A stretch of 15,454 bases of DNA, taken from Candidatus Heimdallarchaeota archaeon. Its GTDB lineage: Archaea; Asgardarchaeota; Heimdallarchaeia; Heimdallarchaeales; Heimdallarchaeaceae. The position numbers and the translations under genes were made by a program. Of this stretch, positions 8,877 through 15,454 are shown piece after piece. Numbering within the stretch: the first letter of the stretch is position 1; each line of letters begins with the position of its first letter. Below the pieces are notes generated by a model. The model was not told the DNA's origin and made no database searches. It saw only the letters and a list, made by a program, of their open reading frames with translations. Where the stretch lies: the NCBI GenBank assembly GCA_016839945.1, contig JAEOTE010000148.1, positions 1 to 15,454 on the forward strand, given 5' to 3'.

Positions 8877-8911
8877 AAAAATGAAAAAAGGAAGATATTC
8901 GTTCGAATATC
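8877..8911 (-). terminator. Hairpin plus oligo-T terminator after the 850-aa gene
   Basis: Perfect inverted repeat GATATTCG-TT-CGAATATC (8894-8911) overlapping the stop codon, followed on the minus strand by TTCCTTTTTTCATTTT. Confidence 0.5.
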
Positions 8912-11462
8912 AATTCTTAAATTGTTTTTTTCTTCTTGAAATTATCAAAGTACTGACTATTAACACAGATAACATTGAAGTAAGTATTGTGAAACCATTT
9001 GCTTTCTTTGGTACAGCAATTGATTGAAGAGTGCTTGACGCATCATTCTCTGAATTGTCACTTGCTTTAACTTTGTAGTATAAAGTACTTTTACTGAAGT
9101 CATCTGTTGGGATATCAAATACAAAATGTGTTCCATTGTTTGACATCATATATGATGTACCTAATGCTTCGTCTGTTGAATCCTTAATCAATGTTACAAA
9201 AACACTACTTGTATTGAGACTATAATCAGATAATTTCGCACTAAAATAGATCCTGTTTTGTACTTCATCTATTAGAGCTGTAACATTTTGAATGACTGGA
9301 GCAATAGTATCTTGTAGCATAAGAGTATAATTGCAGTAATCATGGAATATAGTATTCGTTTTGTAAAGGAAAGCCACCATGTGATAATCCAAATCAATTC
9401 CAAGAGAAGCTGGATCAACATCTACTGAAAACCTACTATCTGGTTCCAAAGTTACTGGTAACAATATCATAGGATCTGGGAGATCGTTTATTGCAGCTTT
9501 TGTTTTTGCTATATCAGTTAAACTAGTTCCATTTTCATCAGTTACTGTAAAGTAGAGCTTGAAACCTACATCGGCTTCAACAACTGAAGATGATACACCA
9601 GAGTATGATACTTGACATTGACTTATAACAATTGAACCATCAGGTGGAATTGTATACACTCTCCCTTGAGCTGATTCGTCTGGTTCAAGAGAGGATTTTG
9701 CATGTGTTGCTTCTTCTAGTATGAGATCTTCAACATAAAGATGACCTGTTACTACTCGAGAAGCATTCTTGGATTGGATTCTACCAATAACAGGGAAGAT
9801 GTCTCTTGATGAAAGTATCACCTGAGCACTATATGTATCCCCAAAGTAAATTCCTTTTGGATGAGTGTAGATTGGAATATCACCTAAGTAATCATATCCA
9901 AGTATTGGTAATTGTGTTACCTCATCTAGAAATGTTAATCTCATTTTCCTAATTTCTACAGGTGGGTCAATAAAAGGAATACTTGTAACGAAATCTATTA
10001 CTTTCTGCAACCAGCTGGGTATTGGTACTCCAAGTTTTCCAAGTATCATTATTCCTTTAACTACGATGTCTTTGACTGTAGTGAAAGAAAATATGCATTT
10101 GATTGCAGTTTTAATTGCTTTCTTAGCTATTTTTTCAAGTAATTTCTTCCCAACACCATCCATCACTTTTCCTTGGATGAAACCCACAATCTTACTCATA
10201 AATTGCTCTACTAGATCCTTTCCACCCATAACAGCATCTAAAACATTTTCTACAATATCTAATACTATGCTTACATCAAGATCAAATTTCTCTTGAGCAG
10301 TATCAGTTGTATGATCAGTAGTGTCAAGTGTATCGTATTTTCCTCCGATTTGACCAGCTGTTTGATCATAGTTTATTGGGTCATAATTTCCATTAACAGT
10401 ATAATCAATGAATTGCCAAGTTCGAATTCTTTGATCTTGCCCAAAATATTTACCGAAAGCCGCATACACTTCGTTTTCGATTGTTATGTTTCCTTCAATA
10501 TATGTCATATTAACTAAATCATATGTATTAAGAAATTGTAGATAATCATATATTGAAGAATAAGGTAATTTCAATTCAGTTTGACAGATTATATAGAAAT
10601 GGGTTTCATCTATTTCTGCTTCATCTATTAATCCTAGTTTTACAAAAGGCATAAGAAAATCAAGGTTGGTACTTCCTGGATAAGCGGTTCCAACAAGACT
10701 CATTATTTCAAATGTAGTTCCGAATAGATCTATATCTTCAATTATTTGAGTTAGATTCATATCTGGATATTCCCAGATGTCAGGAATGCCATTTTTTCCT
10801 TCGTCAGCTATGAATGAAACAAATCCGTTAACTTCTATAGCATCAATACTTGTAGGCTGTGGAACAGATGAATCTTCAAATAGCAGTAAATATTCTAACG
10901 AGATATTATCATAAGAAAGTACTAAATCCCCACCAATACCAAGATCCAAACCTAGGAGAGTAAACTTGTCATCGATGTGAGTTTCATTTACGTCATCAAC
11001 AGTAGGTGCTGTGTAAGGATCTGACCACCCATAAACAAACAATAGTGAATCAAGACCACCTAAATCATCAACACTTCTGAGTGTTAAAGAATCACTAGTA
11101 ATAGCTCCATCAAGTTTGAGTAAAGCAAATTCAACTGAATCTACTGCATGAGAAAATGTCATTTTTAGACCATCAGCTTCTCCTATAATGAGACCATTAT
11201 CAAAAGTTCCTGGACTAGTAAAATTTTCAGGAGAATCTGCAACATTTACAACAATAGATTCGTCAATATATTGAGTAACTTGTTTCTTAGGGAGAGGGGT
11301 TTTGTCAACAACTAAAGATTCTGTAGGAGAAATAGTAGCATCGGAGAGAGAATTTGTTTGAATAGCTAAATTATTTTGTGTATTTACAACAAGTGAAAAA
11401 CTAAAAATAAGAACAATAAAAAGAGCTAATGCTTTTTTTCTTTTTAATTTTTTATTATTCAT
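8910..11462 (-). CDS. Large secreted, C-terminally anchored surface protein of unknown function (PGF-CTERM-like 'NGF' anchor)
   Basis: N-terminus is NNKKLKRKK plus a hydrophobic signal. The body is acidic and beta-rich, with a TSP3-like 'DEGKNGIPDIWE', a central amphipathic helical block (aa ~402-501) and an Ig-like end 'DTIAPVIQNV...LYYKVKASDNSEN'. C-terminus is KKA-NGF + TM + RRKK. Confidence 0.8.
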   Translation of the reverse strand: MNNKKLKRKKALALFIVLIFSFSLVVNTQNNLAIQTNSLSDATISPTESLVVDKTPLPKKQVTQYIDESIVVNVADSPENFTSPGTFDNGLIIGEADGLKMTFSHAVDSVEFALLKLDGAITSDSLTLRSVDDLGGLDSLLFVYGWSDPYTAPTVDDVNETHIDDKFTLLGLDLGIGGDLVLSYDNISLEYLLLFEDSSVPQPTSIDAIEVNGFVSFIADEGKNGIPDIWEYPDMNLTQIIEDIDLFGTTFEIMSLVGTAYPGSTNLDFLMPFVKLGLIDEAEIDETHFYIICQTELKLPYSSIYDYLQFLNTYDLVNMTYIEGNITIENEVYAAFGKYFGQDQRIRTWQFIDYTVNGNYDPINYDQTAGQIGGKYDTLDTTDHTTDTAQEKFDLDVSIVLDIVENVLDAVMGGKDLVEQFMSKIVGFIQGKVMDGVGKKLLEKIAKKAIKTAIKCIFSFTTVKDIVVKGIMILGKLGVPIPSWLQKVIDFVTSIPFIDPPVEIRKMRLTFLDEVTQLPILGYDYLGDIPIYTHPKGIYFGDTYSAQVILSSRDIFPVIGRIQSKNASRVVTGHLYVEDLILEEATHAKSSLEPDESAQGRVYTIPPDGSIVISQCQVSYSGVSSSVVEADVGFKLYFTVTDENGTSLTDIAKTKAAINDLPDPMILLPVTLEPDSRFSVDVDPASLGIDLDYHMVAFLYKTNTIFHDYCNYTLMLQDTIAPVIQNVTALIDEVQNRIYFSAKLSDYSLNTSSVFVTLIKDSTDEALGTSYMMSNNGTHFVFDIPTDDFSKSTLYYKVKASDNSENDASSTLQSIAVPKKANGFTILTSMLSVLIVSTLIISRRKKQFKN

Positions 11463-11484
11463 AAAGAATTATATAGGTTTTTTT

Positions 11485-11492
11485 CTTATAAA
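11485..11492 (-). promoter_or_regulatory. TATA box of the 850-aa gene (probably a leaderless transcript)
   Basis: Minus-strand TTTATAAG 23-30 nt upstream of ATG 11462, with no SD-like sequence before the ATG. Confidence 0.45.
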
Positions 11493-11553
11493 CTCTTGTA
11501 CTCCAAAATTAGATTGTTTTTCATTAAAAACTCTTAATATTCAATTAATTTTT

Positions 11554-11641
11554 TTTCTGAATAACTTTATATAATCTACAAGAGATAGAATAAGTTGTAA
11601 ATTTAATAAAATTTACTTCAAATATAAAATGGGGTTTTTAT
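11554..11641 (+). promoter_or_regulatory. Promoter and leader of beta-helix paralog 1
   Basis: TATA box TTTATATA at 11566-11573, palindrome GTAAAT-N8-ATTTAC at 11597-11616, GGGGT SD-like site before TTG. Blocks are identical to 12910-12999. Confidence 0.7.
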
Positions 11642-12802
11642 TTGCAGAAGAAAAAATTCAAAATTTTAAATAAATCAATTTTAGTAATTGTATTACTCTT
11701 ACTAGTTTCTTTTTGTATTAGTAGTTCTATGACTTCAGTTATTGCTACAGCAGACGATGCTCTCAATGAACTTATACTAAAAAATTATGTGACTCATGGA
11801 CCAATCTATATAGATTATGATGATAATTTCACAACTCCCTATGGTTTTCCAGGATCAGGTATTGCTGGAGATCCTTATAGAATAGAAAATTATAACATAA
11901 CTGTTTCAGGAGATTATCCTATTCTTTTTAGCGGAAATAATACAGCACACTTCGTTATACAAAATTGTCTTCTTCAATCAGATACAAACATTGGAATTTA
12001 CTTAGGTAAGTACTATGAAATGGGAGAAGGAACTGTTAAGATTCTAAATAACATTATTACTACTGAGTATCAATCTGGTATACAACTGAATGGTGGAAAT
12101 TTCTCTGAGATAACAGGGAATACAATAACAACATATTCTTATGGTATAAAGATAGAATACGGAGTTAACTCATTTGTTTCAAAGAATATTATCACAGGTG
12201 GAGATGATACTGGAATTGATTTAGAATATTCTCCAAATTCAATAATTAGCAGAAATAATTGCACAGGAAATTTTATTGGTATTGATATATGGTTTAGTTC
12301 TGACTCATCAATTACTTACAATAACTGTTCTTATAATGATCGTGGTATGATTACTACTAACTTAGATAATCTTATAGTTACGAATAATATTATAAAAGAC
12401 AACACAGGTATTGGATACCTATTACAAAATACAGATGATTCAGTTCTTACAAACAACCTTCTTCAAGACAATGGAGGTTATGGAATCAATGTTGATCTGC
12501 ATTCAGATAACAATGTTCTACATCACAATGCGTTTATAAACAGTTTTGGAATAACATCTCAAGCTAATGATGACGGTGCAAACAACGTTTGGTATGATAC
12601 AGTGGCTTCTGAAGGAAACTATTACAGCGATTGGGTTTCTGGTAGTTATCCTATCGATGGTATGGCTAGCTCTGTTGATCCTTTTCCATTAGGTTCTATG
12701 CCAGTTATAGCTGAATATACTAATTCTTACATAGCTATTCTTTTTACTCTAGGATTCTTAGCTCTATCTGTAATTATTCTGTTCTATCGAAAGAAGAAAT
12801 AA
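11642..12802 (+). CDS. Right-handed parallel beta-helix (NosD/CASH-like) surface protein, paralog 1, with an IAEY C-terminal sorting-like signal
   Basis: TTG start and signal peptide. 'HGPIYI...FPGSG...DPYRIENYNI' N-cap, repeated 'GI.L.....I..N' coils, 'HHNAF...QANDDG..NVWYD....GNY' C-cap, then IAEY + TM + RKKK. Confidence 0.85.
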   Translation: MQKKKFKILNKSILVIVLLLLVSFCISSSMTSVIATADDALNELILKNYVTHGPIYIDYDDNFTTPYGFPGSGIAGDPYRIENYNITVSGDYPILFSGNNTAHFVIQNCLLQSDTNIGIYLGKYYEMGEGTVKILNNIITTEYQSGIQLNGGNFSEITGNTITTYSYGIKIEYGVNSFVSKNIITGGDDTGIDLEYSPNSIISRNNCTGNFIGIDIWFSSDSSITYNNCSYNDRGMITTNLDNLIVTNNIIKDNTGIGYLLQNTDDSVLTNNLLQDNGGYGINVDLHSDNNVLHHNAFINSFGITSQANDDGANNVWYDTVASEGNYYSDWVSGSYPIDGMASSVDPFPLGSMPVIAEYTNSYIAILFTLGFLALSVIILFYRKKK

Positions 12803-12826
12803 CTTTTTCTTTTCTTTTTCTTTATT
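12803..12826 (+). terminator. Oligo-T terminator
   Basis: CTTTTTCTTTTCTTTTTCTTTATT directly after the stop. Confidence 0.6.
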
Positions 12827-12909
12827 GTGTTGTTAAATTTGAATTATAGGAATTTGATTAATTCCATCTTGGTATATTTCACTAAACTCTTATTTTTCAA
12901 TTAATTCAA

Positions 12910-12999
12910 TTTCTGAATAACTTTATATAACTAGTAGGAAAAATAGAATAAGTTGTAAATCCAAAATAATTTACTTCAAATATAAAATGGGGTTTAAAT
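12910..12999 (+). promoter_or_regulatory. Promoter and leader of beta-helix paralog 2 (duplicate of 11554-11641)
   Basis: TATA box TTTATATA at 12922-12929, GTAAAT-N8-ATTTAC at 12955-12974, GGGGT before TTG. Confidence 0.7.
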
Positions 13000-14169
13000 T
13001 TGCAGAAGAAAAAAATCAGATTTTTAAATACATCAATTTTAGTAATGTTTTTACTTTTACTTGCTGTTTTTAGTGCAACTAATTCCACAGTTTCAGTAAC
13101 AGCAAGAATAGATAATTCTAACCAAGAACTCAAAATAAAAAATTATGTAACTCATGGACCAATCAATATAGAATGTGATGAAAACTTTACAGATTATAGT
13201 TTTCCAGGTGCAGGAAGTCCAGGAGATCCATATAGAATCGAGGATTACAACATAACAGTTACTTCTGATTATCCAATAGTTTTTGGTGGAAATACCTCTA
13301 AACATTTTGTTATACAGAATTGTTTCCTCAAATCTGATTCTTATATTGGAATATACTTAGGGAAGTATTATAACATGGCAGACGGAACAGTAAATATTCT
13401 CAATAATGTTATTATTACTGATAATATAGGAATAGAAATGAATGGAGGAAAGAACTCACTTATATCAGGAAATACGATTACTGGTGTTGATGGTGGAATG
13501 GCAATTTATGATTCCTCCGGTTTCTCAACAATTTCAAACAACATTATTTCTACAGTAGGTGAAACTGGAATTTATCTAGAAAACTCATCAAACATTACTG
13601 TTACAAGGAATACTTGTGTAGGAAATTGGGTAGGTATTTCACTGAATAGTATGGCTGATGCAATTCTTACACATAATAACTGCTCAGAAAACGACCTTGG
13701 AATTGAATTAACGAATACATTAAACAATATTACTTTGACAAATAATATTCTTATTCAAAATACAGATACAGGTATAGCTGCAACAACCACAGATAATTCA
13801 TTAATCACAAATAATTTGTTCCTAGAAAACATAAATTATGCCATTAGATTATATTCTGATTCTGATAATAATATTATTCACCATAATGCATTTGTAAACA
13901 ATAATGCTGGAGGAACATCTCAAGCGAATGATGACGGAAGCAATAACGTTTGGTACGATGATACTGTCGATGAAGGTAATTATTGGTACAATGGAACTGT
14001 TGCTACAAGCCCGTATTCAATCGATGGTTTAGCTAGCTCTGTTGATGAATTTCCATTAGGTTCGATGCCAGTTATACCGGAATATTCCAGTTCTTACTTA
14101 GCAATCTTACTTCTCTTAAGTTTTCTAGCAATTCCAACAATCAGCTTTGCATGTAGAAAGAAGAACTGA
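13000..14169 (+). CDS. Right-handed parallel beta-helix (NosD/CASH-like) surface protein, paralog 2, with an IPEY (PEF-CTERM-like) anchor
   Basis: Same architecture as 11642-12802, with shared segments such as 'KNYVTHGPI', 'GIYLGKYY', 'TSQANDDG' and 'FPLGSMPVI'. C-terminus is IPEY + TM + RKK. Confidence 0.85.
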   Translation: MQKKKIRFLNTSILVMFLLLLAVFSATNSTVSVTARIDNSNQELKIKNYVTHGPINIECDENFTDYSFPGAGSPGDPYRIEDYNITVTSDYPIVFGGNTSKHFVIQNCFLKSDSYIGIYLGKYYNMADGTVNILNNVIITDNIGIEMNGGKNSLISGNTITGVDGGMAIYDSSGFSTISNNIISTVGETGIYLENSSNITVTRNTCVGNWVGISLNSMADAILTHNNCSENDLGIELTNTLNNITLTNNILIQNTDTGIAATTTDNSLITNNLFLENINYAIRLYSDSDNNIIHHNAFVNNNAGGTSQANDDGSNNVWYDDTVDEGNYWYNGTVATSPYSIDGLASSVDEFPLGSMPVIPEYSSSYLAILLLLSFLAIPTISFACRKKN

Positions 14170-14175
14170 TGATAT

Positions 14176-14970
14176 ATGACCATAATCGAACTCACCCCTT
14201 CTATTTTTATTTATCAGGATGACAACTACTACTTGGTGAATAGCTGTTGTGTAATTCTCAATTCAGAGTTAATATTCATCGATACAGGTTTAAATGATGC
14301 TGTTGCAAAGAAATTCGTCGACAAAATGAAAAATAGAACAGATATGAATGATATAAAATTAGTTTTAACTCATGCCCATGGAGACCATATAAGTGGGATG
14401 AAACCATTTGAAGGATGTCAAATAATAGTTTCAAAATATTTCCGTGAATCATTGAATGAGAATATGAAACGATTTAGGTGGGGAGAAAAACGAAAGAAGT
14501 ACTATAATTCGTTGAATCTAGATATTATAGCAGAACAGAGAATTATTGGTGATGAAGACAACCAGATTATCTTCAAACAAATAGGTGGTCATAGTCCTGA
14601 ATCGATTTATGGATACTTTCCCAAAGACAAGGTATTATTTGCAGGGGATAATTTGCTTAGTAAGATGCCCCAATATTTTCCTTTTGATAATACTAATCTT
14701 GATAACTGGATTAGCGGTTTACAAGAATGGGAGAAAATGGATATTGATTGGGTTGTTGTTGGTCATGGAGATGTTGTAAAGAAGGATCATATAACTAAAG
14801 TGAGAAAGTTTTTTGAAGAATTGGTACTCTTCCTTGAGCGTTCTGCTTCAGAAAAATTATCTGTTGAGCAGGTATTATCTCATGAAAATTGCCCCACCTA
14901 CTTCGAAAAGGATCCTGAAAATTGGACTACAGTGGGGATTGAAACATATTATAGTAGAATGATTGAATAG
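14176..14970 (+). CDS. Metallo-beta-lactamase-fold hydrolase
   Basis: 'FIDTG', HxHxDH motif 'THAHGDH' (14368-14388), 'GGHS', 'LFAGDNL', 'VVGHG'. Starts 6 nt after the upstream stop. Confidence 0.9.
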   Translation: MTIIELTPSIFIYQDDNYYLVNSCCVILNSELIFIDTGLNDAVAKKFVDKMKNRTDMNDIKLVLTHAHGDHISGMKPFEGCQIIVSKYFRESLNENMKRFRWGEKRKKYYNSLNLDIIAEQRIIGDEDNQIIFKQIGGHSPESIYGYFPKDKVLFAGDNLLSKMPQYFPFDNTNLDNWISGLQEWEKMDIDWVVVGHGDVVKKDHITKVRKFFEELVLFLERSASEKLSVEQVLSHENCPTYFEKDPENWTTVGIETYYSRMIE

Positions 14971-14976
14971 ATAGAA

Positions 14977-15000
14977 TTTTTCTTTTTATTCTCTTTTATT
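14977..15000 (+). terminator. Oligo-T terminator
   Basis: TTTTTCTTTTTATTCTCTTTTATT just after the MBL stop. Confidence 0.5.
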
Positions 15001-15001
15001 A

Positions 15002-15148
15002 AAGAGAGAACTACCAAACTTAGATAATTTCTATATGATAGGTCATTGGATTATACCTGGCGGTGGAGTACCTAATGCTTTTATGAGTGGGGAAACTGTT
15101 GCACAGATTATGTGTAAGAAAGATAAAATTCAATTTAGAACCTCATAA
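15002..15148 (+). pseudogene. C-terminal remnant of a phytoene-dehydrogenase-family FAD-dependent oxidoreductase
   Basis: Translates as KRELPNLDNFYMIGHWIIPGGGVPNAFMSGETVAQIMCKKDKIQFRTS*, matching the family C-terminal signature 'LP.L.NFY..G.W..PGGG.P....SG...AQ'. In-frame stop at 14972-14974 and no N-terminal part. Not in the supplied ORF track. Confidence 0.75.
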
Positions 15149-15182
15149 AAAAACAATAAACCTCAACCTAGAAAGAGAGATT

Positions 15183-15454
15183 CTATACTTTTTTCTTTAC
15201 TACGATATTATTAATCAGATTCTTTCCTTTTGATATCAACTTAAATTTAATAGTAGTAATTGATACAAGAGTAGTGAAGATAAATCCACTTATAATTACA
15301 ACTGATAATATAGTTGGTTTTCGTAAAGGATTATCTAGTTTATTACAGATTTTCCAAGCATTTCTAACTTTTTCGACTGCTGAACTGTATTCCATATTAA
15401 GATAATCTTCATAACCTGATTGAAGTAAATCAGTAACTTTGTTTAATCCAATTA
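15183..15454 (-). CDS. 3' end of a C-terminally membrane-anchored protein (truncated by the window edge)
   Basis: The frame of ORF 15183-15395 stays open to the window end (IGLNKVTDLLQSGYEDYLN-MEYSS...). It ends in a TM helix and a Lys-rich tail. Confidence 0.65.
   Translation of the reverse strand, partial: IGLNKVTDLLQSGYEDYLNMEYSSAVEKVRNAWKICNKLDNPLRKPTILSVVIISGFIFTTLVSITTIKFKLISKGKNLINNIVVKKKV

Noticed and set aside
11642-14169. Calling the beta-helix genes nosD, or targets of a diversity-generating retroelement
   Set aside because: No nos cluster is present and only the fold is shared. There is no reverse transcriptase and no template/variable repeat pair differing only at adenines.
4111-14779. 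Remaining small ORFs (4111-4293, 5117-5323, 5729-6037, 6505-6735, 7120-7311, 10066-10296, 10293-10517, 12906-13133, 13093-13305, 14585-14779)
   Set aside because: All lie within or opposite well-supported longer CDSs. 10066-10296 was considered as an antisense immunity peptide for the amphipathic island, but its hydrophobicity is the expected mirror of Lys-rich codons.
14176-14970. A true beta-lactamase resistance gene
   Set aside because: Only generic MBL-fold motifs and no signal peptide; the substrate cannot be assigned.

Overview
AT-rich (roughly 30% GC by eye) archaeal-looking window. TATA boxes, AGGTGA/GAGGT ribosome-binding sites, oligo-T terminators, PEF/PGF-like C-terminal sorting signals and GxG-x3-DPYxIE NosD-type proteins suggest an Asgard (Heimdallarchaeia-like) genome, but this taxonomy is inference. 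There are 11 complete CDSs, one CDS truncated by the right edge and one gene remnant. I see no RNA genes, CRISPR arrays or mobile elements. Left block: an APH-family phosphotransferase, then a wHTH regulator divergent from a GNAT acetyltransferase, with 15-bp direct repeats between them. Most of the rest is a cell-surface island: a 697-aa protein with four ~142-aa repeats, TSP3-like Ca motifs and VPEF-CTERM; a membrane-anchored Ntn (Cys) hydrolase overlapping an unknown ~6-TM protein; an HGSNAT/NagX-like membrane acetyltransferase; an 850-aa anchored protein; and two tandem beta-helix paralogs duplicated together with their promoter and leader. An MBL-fold hydrolase and a phytoene-dehydrogenase-like C-terminal remnant follow. 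The best novelty candidate is the 850-aa protein, an acidic surface protein with an embedded cationic amphipathic island ending at Asp-Pro, which could be a tethered membrane-active effector. Next are the mix of sorting-signal variants and the unnamed 142-aa repeat domain.
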